Of a DNA stretch of 64,000 bases, positions 1 to 9,441 are shown piece after piece. The DNA is from Vulcanimicrobiota bacterium (GTDB lineage: Bacteria > Vulcanimicrobiota > Vulcanimicrobiia > Vulcanimicrobiales > Vulcanimicrobiaceae): NCBI GenBank assembly GCA_963723515.1, contig CAVRQT010000003.1, positions 192,001 through 256,000 of the forward strand. The letters run 5' to 3'. Within the stretch, counting starts at the first letter, position 1, and the number at the start of each line of letters is the position of its first letter. The notes below the pieces were generated by a model, which ran no database searches, was not told where the DNA came from, and saw nothing but the letters and a program-made list of their open reading frames with translations. A program made the translations under genes and the position numbers.

Positions 1-552
1 CCGCCCGAGTTTGCTGGCCTTTACCGAAAGATGGACTTGCGGCGGATTCGTGTCGCGAATCGGCGCGACGCTATCCCACGCGATCAAGGAACGCGGAATT
101 CTCCGGTAGAGTGCGGGCACGAGATGGCCTGCCGAGCGTAACCCGAGCCGCCGCAGAAGGCCGCCGATTCCGATATCCGCAGCGATGACGCGCAACGCAC
201 CGCCGGTGTTGGCAACTTCAAGATCGTTAATGCGCACGACCTTGCGTCCGTCGACATCAACGATCTGTTTGTCGAGCAAATCGGAAACGAGGTAGAGCGC
301 TTGGGAGTCCGGCGGCGCGGGCTCTTTGGGTGCGGTGTTTAAGGCAACGGTTCCGCGGTCATCGATGTCGACGACGCTTTCGATGGGCGCAACACGCTGA
401 CCGCGCTGCGTGCCGATCGCAAGACCGTCGATCTTCGGGAACGTATCGTCCGGTGAGCCGACGAGCAGATCCGTGACCTTGCCGATCGGCAGGCCATTGA
501 CGAGCGCCTTGCGCCCGACGATTTCCGAAACGAACCCATCGTGAAACGGCAT
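1..552 (-). CDS. MgtE-like magnesium transporter intracellular/PRC-barrel protein, N-terminal part (runs off window)
   Basis: Manual translation MPFHDGFVSEIVGRK...LLDKQIVDVDGRKVVRINDL...DIGIGGLLRRLG, typical of PRC-barrel/MgtE_N/CBS proteins. Absent from the ORF track because it is truncated. Confidence 0.75.
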   Translation of the reverse strand, partial: MPFHDGFVSEIVGRKALVNGLPIGKVTDLLVGSPDDTFPKIDGLAIGTQRGQRVAPIESVVDIDDRGTVALNTAPKEPAPPDSQALYLVSDLLDKQIVDVDGRKVVRINDLEVANTGGALRVIAADIGIGGLLRRLGLRSAGHLVPALYRRIPRSLIAWDSVAPIRDTNPPQVHLSVKASKLGR

Positions 553-609
553 CGTTTCCAATGTTCCTCGCCAAAGGGAGATTCCGCCTGCACTTGGTAC
601 CCCGCGCGC

Positions 610-1299
610 ATGCAAACATTTACTCGTAATCACTTCTTGTCTGCGATGACCGGCGCAGCGACCGTCGTGGGCATGCCGACCCTGCGCGTGGAAGCGGCAG
701 CGATGGTTTCAGCGCGCCTCAATCCGAACGCGGCACTCGAACAATTGGTTGCGGGAAATCGGCGTTACGTCGCCGGTCGACCGATCCACACGGAACATAC
801 TGCACGTCGCGAGGAAAATGCCGGGAAACAGCATCCGTTCGCGATCGTGCTCAGTTGTTCGGACTCACGCGTTCCGCCCGAAATCGTCTTCGATCAGGGT
901 ATCGGCGATCTATTCGTCGTGCGCGTCGCCGGCAACGTCGCAACCGATGTCGGCATCGGCTCGATCGAATACGCGGTTTCGCATTTTGCTTCGGCGTTGT
1001 TGGTCGTACTCGGTCATACGAACTGCGGCGCCGTCCATGCGACGGTCGATGCGCTTGAAAGCGGCAGTTCCGCTCCCGGCCACATCAAGGCGATCGTCGA
1101 TCAGATCGTGCCCGCGGCAGTCGCCACTCGCCACGAATCCGGCGACAAATACCTTAACGCGACGAAGGCGAACGCGCGCGGGGTCGCGTCGAAATTGCAC
1201 GCCACCCAGCCGATCATCGCGCCGCAGGTGCAGAAAAAACAACTCGAAGTTGCATCCGCGCTCTACTCACTCGAAACGGGACTTGTTAGCCTTCTGTAG
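610..1299 (+). CDS. beta-class carbonic anhydrase with Tat-like signal
   Basis: CSDSRV, RVAGN and GHTNCGAV motifs; N-terminus TRNHFL followed by a hydrophobic stretch. Confidence 0.92.
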   Translation: MQTFTRNHFLSAMTGAATVVGMPTLRVEAAAMVSARLNPNAALEQLVAGNRRYVAGRPIHTEHTARREENAGKQHPFAIVLSCSDSRVPPEIVFDQGIGDLFVVRVAGNVATDVGIGSIEYAVSHFASALLVVLGHTNCGAVHATVDALESGSSAPGHIKAIVDQIVPAAVATRHESGDKYLNATKANARGVASKLHATQPIIAPQVQKKQLEVASALYSLETGLVSLL

Positions 1300-1600
1300 C
1301 CGGCGGTTCGTCGATCGTGTACAGCCACCACCGCGGCGTGTTGCGCCTGGCCTGGCGTTCGAAGTAGATCGTCGCATGGCGGCCATCTTCAAGTTCAACC
1401 TCGAACCAATGGCGCGCGAGATAGACGTCACCGCGATCGGTCTTCGTCGAACGCCAGCTGCGAGAGAGCGAACCGATCGTTAACCGCTGGTCATTCCACT
1501 GAAAAGCAGTCGGCAACGCGGGCTCACCGTGGCTCATCGTCGCAGGATCGAAAGATGCACCGAGCGCCTGCAGCGGCTCGCTGACAAAGTGACGCCGCAT
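1286..1600 (-). CDS. DUF6504-like small protein
   Basis: P-x-x-F-x-W, W, RHWFEV and WWLYTI pattern. Confidence 0.65.
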   Translation of the reverse strand: MRRHFVSEPLQALGASFDPATMSHGEPALPTAFQWNDQRLTIGSLSRSWRSTKTDRGDVYLARHWFEVELEDGRHATIYFERQARRNTPRWWLYTIDEPPATEG

Positions 1601-1616
1601 CTTAGGGAGCGGTTCC

Positions 1617-2388
1617 ATGTCTGAGCCGCTGGAGGTCGCGATCGAAGCGGCGCGCGAAGCGGGCGCGCTGCTCATGGGTTACCTGCATCGCCCGCTGCAC
1701 AGCACGCAAAAAGGGCGCCGTGCCGATCTCGTCACGGACGCAGATCGCGCCTCCGAGCGCTTGATCGTCGACCGGCTGCGAAAGGAATTCCCGAAGAGCA
1801 CGATCGTCGGTGAAGAAGGCGGCACGCGAGCCGGCGACGCCGCAGAACGGTGGTACGTCGATCCTCTCGACGGTACGACGAATTTCACGCATGCGTATCC
1901 ATTGTTCTGCGTTTCAATCGCGTACGAGCGGATGAACGAGCTCTGCGCGGGCGTGATCTATGCCCCATTCTACGATGAACTCTTCGTTGCGCAGCAAGGC
2001 GCGGGAGCGACGCTCAACGGCAAGCCTTTGCAGGTTTCGGCAGTGCAACGGTTGAGCGATGCGCTCGTGTGCACCGGATTCCATCCCGCAGACTTCGCCC
2101 GCAACGGTGAATACTTTCGCGTCATGTCGGGCGAGGCGCAAGCGGTGCGGCGCGACGGGTCGGCGGCGCTCGATTTGGCCGCAGTGGCCGCCGGACGTTT
2201 CGACGGCTTCTGGGAATTCGATTTGAGTGCTTGGGACGTCGCCGCCGGAACGTTGATGGTGCGCGAATCCGGAGGCATCGTTTCCCAGATCAACGCCGAG
2301 GCGTTTCGAGTCGACGGTCGCGCAATTCTTGCGAGCAACTGCGCGCATTCACGACGAGATGGTGGACGTCCTCAAGACGCCTTTGTAA
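1617..2388 (+). CDS. suhB: inositol monophosphatase family protein (frameshift near 2340)
   Basis: DLVTDAD, GEE, DPLDGTTNF, WDVAAG; the likely C-terminus RIHDEMVDVLKTPL* is in another frame. Confidence 0.88.
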
Positions 2389-3704
2389 TTCGTCCAGTCA
2401 TCCCTTCGCAGCCGTGTGAACGTCAAGAGCGATCTCGCCAGCCATGCGATGATCCAGGCGATGGGTACGGCATAGAGGCCGATGCGAAACACGTGAATTC
2501 CAAGCCAGGCGATCGGCAGGACGAAGACGCCGGTTACAATGCCTGCAAACATTGAGAATCGCGTGTCGCCGGCGGCCCGCAACGGCGCCAGAGCGGTCAT
2601 CGCATAGCCTTTGAGCGGCAGCGTGATCATGTGCAAAGCGAGCGGACCGGTAGCCAGCGATGCGACGGCGGCATTCAAAGTGAAGATGAATGCGAGAGGC
2701 CACGCTAGCGCTGCAACAATTGCACCGGTTGCGCACGTGATGAGGATTGCAAACCGCATCGCGCCGGCAAGAAACTCTCGTGCGCCTGCGCTGTCGCCTG
2801 CGCCCAAGCGCTGCCCGATCACGGTTTGGGTCGCTTCTTGTATTGGAATCGGTGCCATAAACGTGAAGTCGGAGACGACATTGAGGGCACGAAAGGCGGC
2901 AATCGTCGGCGTGCCGAGCGGCGCAAGCATCGCGATGATGAAGTTGTCAGGTGCAAGGACGGCGATCAAGAAAGCAACTTCCGGTAACGAAAGTCGCGCA
3001 GTCTGCACGGCGAGAGCCCAATCGATCGAGAGACTGCTGAAGATGCGATACTTTGGATTGCGGATAGCGTAGGTAACGAGGTAAACGGCGCCTGCGACTT
3101 CTGAGAGCAGCGAAGAGATGCCCGCGCCGGCGATTCCAAAGGGATGGTGCGTCAGCCACCCGAGCGTCAGAATGAAGACCAGCGGCACGTGAATCGCATT
3201 GATCAAGATCAGCGCGACGACTTGCGGCCGGCGATTTCCCGCCGCGCCAAGCGCGCTGATGATGCTGAGCGAGATCGCGATTGCAACCAGAGAGATACAC
3301 CGGAAGACCAAATATTGGGCGCTCGCGTTCAGCGAGGCAATCGGCCCCACCATCATCGTCAGCAGAGGTTTGGCAAGCACGAAGGAGAGGGCGATGAAAA
3401 CGAGCGCGAGGCCGAGCGGCGCGATTGCTCCGGCTCTTGCCGCCTTGCCGGCTCCGTCAATGTCGCCTGCTCCGACGTGCTGCGCGGCGACGATTGAAAT
3501 TCCGCTGGCAAAACCGAAGAGCGCGAGTACGAGCGTTATGAAGAGTGCAAAGGCGCCGGTCGCGCCGGCGAGCGCCACGACGCCCAACGCGCCGATCGTG
3601 ATCGTGTCGACGACGCTGAGCAGCTGATCGCCTGCCATCGAAAGAGCGATGGGAATCGAAAGGCGCCCGAAGGCGCCTTTGATATTACGGTGATCGACGA
3701 TCAT
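2349..3704 (-). CDS. MATE family efflux transporter
   Basis: 451 aa, about 12 TM segments, VDT..G.LG..ALAG, GQRLGAGD, RAAGDTR. Confidence 0.9.
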   Translation of the reverse strand: MIVDHRNIKGAFGRLSIPIALSMAGDQLLSVVDTITIGALGVVALAGATGAFALFITLVLALFGFASGISIVAAQHVGAGDIDGAGKAARAGAIAPLGLALVFIALSFVLAKPLLTMMVGPIASLNASAQYLVFRCISLVAIAISLSIISALGAAGNRRPQVVALILINAIHVPLVFILTLGWLTHHPFGIAGAGISSLLSEVAGAVYLVTYAIRNPKYRIFSSLSIDWALAVQTARLSLPEVAFLIAVLAPDNFIIAMLAPLGTPTIAAFRALNVVSDFTFMAPIPIQEATQTVIGQRLGAGDSAGAREFLAGAMRFAILITCATGAIVAALAWPLAFIFTLNAAVASLATGPLALHMITLPLKGYAMTALAPLRAAGDTRFSMFAGIVTGVFVLPIAWLGIHVFRIGLYAVPIAWIIAWLARSLLTFTRLRRDDWTNYKGVLRTSTISS

Positions 3705-3725
3705 CGCGCTAACGCAAGACGATCG

Positions 3726-4880
3726 CTAATCTTCTCGGATGCGATCGAGCGTCTCGAAGAAGTTCTCGACATCATCATCATTCGTGTAAAAATGCGGACC
3801 GACTCGAATTCCGCAGCCGGGCCGAAAGTCAACAAAGACTCGCCCTTCGATCAATCGGCGATACGCCGCTTCGACGCCGTCGAAATCGACTCCGATCCAG
3901 CCGGTTCGGCGCTGCGGATCAAGTGGCGTGTTGACGCTCAATCCGCGCTCTAGAGCCTTCTGCGCAATCCGGTTCGTCAGGCGAACGTTATGCTCGCGAA
4001 TCTTCTGCACGCCAACTTCTTTGATCGTGTCGTGTCCCGGTTTTGCGACGACGTAACCGGGAATCGTCGGCGTTCCCGTGCCGAAGCGATACATCGAATC
4101 CGCGTACTCCATCGGTGCGGGTTCGAACGCGAACGGCTGCCGATGCGCCATCCATCCCGTAACGGCCGGCTCAAAACGCGAACGGAGGGCGGGCTTCACG
4201 TAGATCCAACCGCATCCCGCGCCACCGCAGAGCCACTTATGGCTGCCGCCGGTAACGATATCGAGATCCCACTCCACCACATCATACGGATAGACGCCGG
4301 TCGTCTGGTACGCGTCGACCATCAGCAGCGTTCCGGTCTTGCGGCAATGCTGTTGGATCGTGCGCACATCGCAGAGCGCACCGGAAACATAGTAGGCGTG
4401 CGAGAGAACCGCGATCAGGGTGCGTTCGCTGATCGCCTCGATGATGCGTTGCGTATCGATTGTCCGGCCATCATCCGAGGGGACGATGCGAATTTGCGCG
4501 CCATAGCGTGCGAACTCAGTCCAGACATAGGTGAGAGATGGAAATTGCAGCGCTTCATAGACGACTTCGTTGCGGGGCGCCTGAAAATGGAGCGACGTCG
4601 CGAGGGCAGATTGCAATACCGAAACGTTTGGCCCGAGAAAAATCGAGCCGGCGGGCGCGCCGATCAGCTCGCCGAAGTTGTCCGCGATCCGCCCGATTTC
4701 CGGAAGCCAACGCTCCCAGGCTTCGGGCCCGTCGCGCTCCCAGTCGTGCCAGTATGCATCGAGTGCATCCTTGGCTGCCAAAGGTGCAGCGCCCATCGAG
4801 TGGCTGACTAAATACGTGCTGCGCGCGAGCGTCGGAAAACGTTCGCGAAAGCGCGCCGCCGTGATGGGCGCTTCAATCAT
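3726..4880 (-). CDS. kynU: kynureninase-like class V PLP enzyme
   Basis: HSMG, DAYQ, GSHKWLCGG, GWMAH and GTP motifs; close to kynA. Confidence 0.75.
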   Translation of the reverse strand: MIEAPITAARFRERFPTLARSTYLVSHSMGAAPLAAKDALDAYWHDWERDGPEAWERWLPEIGRIADNFGELIGAPAGSIFLGPNVSVLQSALATSLHFQAPRNEVVYEALQFPSLTYVWTEFARYGAQIRIVPSDDGRTIDTQRIIEAISERTLIAVLSHAYYVSGALCDVRTIQQHCRKTGTLLMVDAYQTTGVYPYDVVEWDLDIVTGGSHKWLCGGAGCGWIYVKPALRSRFEPAVTGWMAHRQPFAFEPAPMEYADSMYRFGTGTPTIPGYVVAKPGHDTIKEVGVQKIREHNVRLTNRIAQKALERGLSVNTPLDPQRRTGWIGVDFDGVEAAYRRLIEGRVFVDFRPGCGIRVGPHFYTNDDDVENFFETLDRIRED

Positions 4881-4886
4881 GCTATC

Positions 4887-5350
4887 CTAGCGCTTCACGT
4901 GCGCTAAGGTGATCATCGTCTTGCCGCCGGTTGCGTTGATCGTCACCGACTGCTGATCTTTCCCAAGTTCGCCGATCGTGAAGACGGCCGTCTCACCCAT
5001 TGCGGTCGTTGCATGGGTCTTCTCGGAGCCGGACGGAAGTTTCGATTGATACCATTTGTAGACTGTACCGAATGAATCGGATGTCGAGAGGACGGTACCG
5101 GCAGCGGAGCGCCGCCCATGCTCATTCCGGAGGCGCCCGAAGCCATCTTCGTCGCGCCGGGGTATTCCGGCAGTTGCGTCATCGTTCCCGACGCCGTTGT
5201 TCCTTTGTTGGTGACCGGTGCAGTCGATGCGGCCGCGGCCGGCGCCTCGGTTGCGGTGGTATTGGTTTGCTGTGCGCTGTTGCTCTTGCCCGAGCAGCCC
5301 GCCATGGCGAGCGCGCAGACAACAGCAAGACAGAGTCCAGATAAACGCAT
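4887..5350 (-). CDS. hypothetical lipoprotein (frameshift near 5105)
   Basis: Lipobox MAGC, LPEYPGA motif; C-terminus continues in a second frame. Confidence 0.65.
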
Positions 5351-5443
5351 TCGTTATCTCCTCAAGTAAAGGTGAAGGGGTAGGACGCTCGCAATTTGCC
5401 GCTTGCTGGCAAGGGCCTGCCGCCTGCCCGAAGGGCAACTCAT

Positions 5444-6217
5444 CTACCCGTAGGCTCCCTTGCCGAGGTACGTTCGCACTTCCCAGAGCTCGGGAAAGAA
5501 TTTGCGGCCCAGCGTCGTCGCAAGGTACGCGACGCCAAGCGAACCGCCGGTTCCCATCTTACTGCCGATCATGCGCTCGACCATGAGAATATGGCGGCTG
5601 CGCCACAGCAAGAATCGTTCGTCGAACTCGATCAAGTTTTCCATGAGCAAATAGAGGTCGTAGTGCTTATCGGATTCTTCGTAAATCTTTCGCAACGATG
5701 CAATGCGTTCGTCGTGCGTGTCGACCCGGAAGCCGCGTCGCTTGAGCAATCCGTAGACGGCATCGGGTAGCGTCGTCTCGTTGAGGCGGCGTTCGAGGCG
5801 CGCCTTATCCTGCGGAGTGGCTTCCAGGTGTTTGAGCGCATCGGTGCCCTTTAGGCCGCCTAAGAACTCGATTTCGCGAAACTGCAGCGATTGGAAGCCG
5901 CTTGCGGGCCGCAAATTGTCGCGGAAGGCGTTGAACTCTTGCGGCGTCATCGTCTCCAAGATGTCGACCTGCGCCTCGAGCAGACGCTGAATCGCATGAA
6001 TGCGCCCGAACTCTTTGGCGGTCTTGAGCAAGTGATCGTCGCGCAGCGATTTGAGAACCGCCTCCAGCTCGTGCAACAGCTGCTTGAACCACAATTCGTA
6101 GACTTGATGGATGATGATGAAGAGCATTTCATCGTGGTGTTCGGGCGCGCTCAATGGCCGCTGAAGCGCAAGGAGCTCCGGAACGCGAAGATACGAGCCG
6201 TAGGTCAGACGCTCCAT
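5444..6217 (-). CDS. kynA: tryptophan 2,3-dioxygenase
   Basis: TYGSYL, HDEMLFIIIHQVYELWFK, ASGFQSLQFR, GTGGS. Confidence 0.95.
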   Translation of the reverse strand: MERLTYGSYLRVPELLALQRPLSAPEHHDEMLFIIIHQVYELWFKQLLHELEAVLKSLRDDHLLKTAKEFGRIHAIQRLLEAQVDILETMTPQEFNAFRDNLRPASGFQSLQFREIEFLGGLKGTDALKHLEATPQDKARLERRLNETTLPDAVYGLLKRRGFRVDTHDERIASLRKIYEESDKHYDLYLLMENLIEFDERFLLWRSRHILMVERMIGSKMGTGGSLGVAYLATTLGRKFFPELWEVRTYLGKGAYG

Positions 6218-6256
6218 CAAGTAGGATTTCACGCTCTTGGCATGGATTTCCGTCGC

Positions 6257-6934
6257 ATGAAAAGATCGCTCTTCGGCGTCCTCATCTTCTTGGTTCTGGC
6301 AGGTTGCACCGGCGGCAACCGCGCGGCACAAGCGCCCGCGCCGTCACCTGCCAACCTTTCGAACCCTACCGGCTTTCCGCTCTACTCCGGAAGCAAAGTT
6401 CTCGTCGCGAAAAGCTTCAAGCAAACCGTCAATGCGAACAACTCATCGAATGGTGTTCTCGCGCAAGGCAATGGAACGTATAACGGCAATGAAGTGATCG
6501 CCAGCGCCCCGGCGGCTTTTCCCGCGTTACAAAGCTGGCTGCATAATGCGTATGCCAAGCCGCCGGCCGGGTTTCGGCAAGCGACTGAAAAGAATTTGAA
6601 CAGCAGCAGTGATACGGCGCGCACCATCGGCATCGACGGCCGCGGCTTTCAGTCGACGAAGAACGGCAAGGCCTCGACGCTGCTCGTCGTCGTCATGGAC
6701 CCCTCGAGGTTTAATGCACGGCTTGGGCCAGCGCTCGCGCTCGTTCGCCGGTTCCGTGATATGCCGCAATTCATGCGTGCGCCGCTCGACGAGCGAGCCA
6801 AGCAGCAGACGGGTTTTTCCATTTCGGAAATGCTGCAGCCCGATAGTCCCGTTGGCCTAGCGCTGGATGCGATGAACGAATTTTCGCATAATAATCAGCG
6901 CGCGATCCTGATGATCGACGCTCAAAAAGAGTAG
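6257..6934 (+). CDS. hypothetical lipoprotein
   Basis: MKRSLFGVLIFLVLAGC lipobox; FPLYSGS motif. Confidence 0.7.
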   Translation: MKRSLFGVLIFLVLAGCTGGNRAAQAPAPSPANLSNPTGFPLYSGSKVLVAKSFKQTVNANNSSNGVLAQGNGTYNGNEVIASAPAAFPALQSWLHNAYAKPPAGFRQATEKNLNSSSDTARTIGIDGRGFQSTKNGKASTLLVVVMDPSRFNARLGPALALVRRFRDMPQFMRAPLDERAKQQTGFSISEMLQPDSPVGLALDAMNEFSHNNQRAILMIDAQKE

Positions 6935-7395
6935 CGCCCTCGTTCGAAGCGCACGAGCCGTGCGCGAATCGAGCGTGCATCGGCGCCTTTGATCCGTCCA
7001 TCGGATCCGAGAACGCGATGCGCCGGAATCAGCAGATCGATCGGCGTCTTAGCCATGGCCATCGCGACGCCGCGGTGCGCATTAGGGCGGTTGATCGCGC
7101 GTGCGACATCGGCATAAGAGACGAAATGGCCGAATGCGAGCTGTGCGATCGCATCCCACGCATCGCGCTGGAGCGGCGTTCCGGCGTAGCGCAAAGGTAA
7201 GTCGAAGCGCCGCAGTTTGCGGCTGAAGTAGGCGTTGATCTGTGCGGCGGCTTCGCGCAGAAGCGGATCGCGAATGGCGCCCGTTACCCGCTTCGTGCGC
7301 CGAAACGCTCCGTCGACGATCGCACTACCCGATGTTTCGATGTAGTAGGCAAAGCCAAGCGGCGTCTGGATCGATGCAGAAGCGATCGCGCTCAC
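6922..7395 (-). CDS. methylated-DNA--protein-cysteine methyltransferase family (PAHRV, Cys-less ATL-like)
   Basis: SYADVA..., IPAHRV where the active enzyme has PCHRV. Confidence 0.85.
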   Translation of the reverse strand: MSAIASASIQTPLGFAYYIETSGSAIVDGAFRRTKRVTGAIRDPLLREAAAQINAYFSRKLRRFDLPLRYAGTPLQRDAWDAIAQLAFGHFVSYADVARAINRPNAHRGVAMAMAKTPIDLLIPAHRVLGSDGRIKGADARSIRARLVRFERGRYSF

Positions 7396-7396
7396 G

Positions 7397-7831
7397 CTAA
7401 GACGCTTTGCGGTACAGCGCGTCCGGCTCTCGCTCCTCATTCTCGCTGCCGGCTGTTTTCTTTACGAGCGTAAAGCCGTGCTTTTCGTAGAAACGAATCG
7501 CGGCGATGTTTTTTTGAAAGACCCACAAGTTCAGCGTGCTGTTCTCCTTGATCGCGACGGCGAGGAGCGCCGTCCCGGTCCCCTTTCGTTGCTGGAGCGG
7601 ATCAACGTAGAGATGGTCGATCCACTGGGGGCGAAAGGCGCAGAATCCAATGATTTCAGTGCGTTCCGCAACCCATACGGAGCATCGCTGAAAGACGACG
7701 TCTCGGAAGTGTGCGATGTCTTCGGCAGGGGTATGCAGCTCCGGCAGGTACGGCATGGACGCCATGCGAGTACGCTCGAACAACCCGACGACTTCGGCGA
7801 GATCTTCCAAGCACGCGCGTCGCAGAAGCAT
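7397..7831 (-). CDS. GNAT N-acetyltransferase
   Basis: LYVDP..QRKGTGTALL, N..AIRFYEKHGF. Confidence 0.9.
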   Translation of the reverse strand: MLLRRACLEDLAEVVGLFERTRMASMPYLPELHTPAEDIAHFRDVVFQRCSVWVAERTEIIGFCAFRPQWIDHLYVDPLQQRKGTGTALLAVAIKENSTLNLWVFQKNIAAIRFYEKHGFTLVKKTAGSENEEREPDALYRKAS

Positions 7832-7913
7832 AGTGTCGCCCGTCAAATCGCCGCCTGGGCCCCCTCGTCTAATGCTTCGTATAGTAAGTTCGCAGGGTCC
7901 TCGCAAAGACTGA

Positions 7914-9260
7914 GTGGTGACAACCAAAGTGCCGGTCACGCGTTACGCACGCAGCGGCGACGTCAATATCGCCTACCAAGTCGTCGGCGAAGGAGCGCGC
8001 GATCTCGTCTGGATACCCGGTTGGGTTTCGAACATCGAGTATGCGTGGGAAGAGCCGTGGATTCGGCGCTTCCAAGAGCGTCTGGCGTCGTTCAGCCGTC
8101 TGATCCTTTTCGATAAACGGGGGACCGGTCTCTCGGACCGCGTTCCGGATGATAAGTTGCCGACGCTCGAACAACGCATGGACGACGTCCGGGCGGTTCT
8201 TGACGCGGTCGGCTCGGGACACGCTGCACTGTTCGGGGCTTCGGAAGGCTCGTGCATGTCCATGCTCTTCGCTGCAACCTATCCGCAGCGCACGACGGCA
8301 CTCGTTGTTTTCGGCGGCTTTGCGAAGCGGATTTGGTCGGAAGATTACCCTTGGGCGCCTACCATGGAGGAGCGCGAGCAATTCTTTAAGGCGATCGAAG
8401 AAGATTGGGGTGGTGTCGTTGACCTGGCGACGCTCGCTCCGGACGCTTGGCAAGATGCGCTTTTTCGAGAGGGTTGGGAGGCGTATCTCCGGCGCAGCGC
8501 AAGCCCCGGCGCGGCGCTTGCCCTCGCGAAGATGAATACGAAAGTTGACATTCGCAACGTACTGCCGGCAATTCACGTGCCGACTCTGGTTCTTCACCGT
8601 CGCGGCGATCTCGATGTCAATGTTGCGGAAGGTCGCTACATCGCCGAACGCATTCCAGGAGCAAGGTTCGTCGAACTGCACGGGAACGATCACCTCTGGT
8701 ACGCCGGCGATCAAGACTCAGTTCTTGACGAAGTTGAAGAGTTTCTGACAGGCGTCCGCCATGTTGCCGAAGCTGAGCGCGTTTTGGCAACGCTCCTCTT
8801 CAGCGACATCGTCAAGTCGACGCAAAAAGCTGCCGAGCTTGGTGACCGGCGTTGGCATGATTTGCTCGAAAGACACAATACTCGCGTCAAGCGCGAAATC
8901 ACGCGGTTCAGAGGACGTTTGATCAAGATGACGGGCGATGGTTTTCTGGCGACGTTTGATGGTCCGGCACGAGCGGTTCGCTGTGCGCTCGCATTGCACG
9001 AAAGTCTACAATCGCTCGGCATTCAAATTCGAACCGGCTTGCACACGGGCGAATGTGAGATCGTTGAAGATGACGTTGCAGGCGTCGCCGTGCATATTGC
9101 CGCGCGCGTGATGGCTGAAGCGCGGTCGGATGAAGTGCTTGTCTCCGCCACCGTGAGAGATTTAGTGAATGGCTCCGGGCTGCATTTTCAGAGCCGTGGA
9201 CTACATGCGTTGAAGGGCGTACCGGGGCAGTGGGAACTGCTTGAAGTCGAAAGACCTTAA
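7914..9260 (+). CDS. alpha/beta hydrolase fused to class III adenylate cyclase (LipJ/Rv1900c-like)
   Basis: FDKRGTGLSDR, GASEG; cyclase motifs SDIVKST, KMTGDG, GLHTG, HIAARV. Confidence 0.92.
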   Translation: MVTTKVPVTRYARSGDVNIAYQVVGEGARDLVWIPGWVSNIEYAWEEPWIRRFQERLASFSRLILFDKRGTGLSDRVPDDKLPTLEQRMDDVRAVLDAVGSGHAALFGASEGSCMSMLFAATYPQRTTALVVFGGFAKRIWSEDYPWAPTMEEREQFFKAIEEDWGGVVDLATLAPDAWQDALFREGWEAYLRRSASPGAALALAKMNTKVDIRNVLPAIHVPTLVLHRRGDLDVNVAEGRYIAERIPGARFVELHGNDHLWYAGDQDSVLDEVEEFLTGVRHVAEAERVLATLLFSDIVKSTQKAAELGDRRWHDLLERHNTRVKREITRFRGRLIKMTGDGFLATFDGPARAVRCALALHESLQSLGIQIRTGLHTGECEIVEDDVAGVAVHIAARVMAEARSDEVLVSATVRDLVNGSGLHFQSRGLHALKGVPGQWELLEVERP

Positions 9261-9441
9261 GGTTCCGTTGCTTACAACGCCAGGTTGTTGCATTCATCGC
9301 GACAGTAACAAAAGACGGAAAGTTAAATAAAGGTAATCAACGGTGCGGAACGATAGTGTTGCCGCCCATGAAGCTAGCCTTCACAATTTAGACGTGGCTG
9401 GCAAACGTGTTGAAGCTCCCGCGAAAGGACCAATCAAGAAA

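Noticed and set aside
1286..1616. SOS control of the DUF6504-like gene
   Set aside because: No GAAC-N4-GTTC box is visible upstream of it.
7914..9260. Hydrolase-cyclase fusion as a novel architecture
   Set aside because: Matches the known LipJ/Rv1900c-type architecture.
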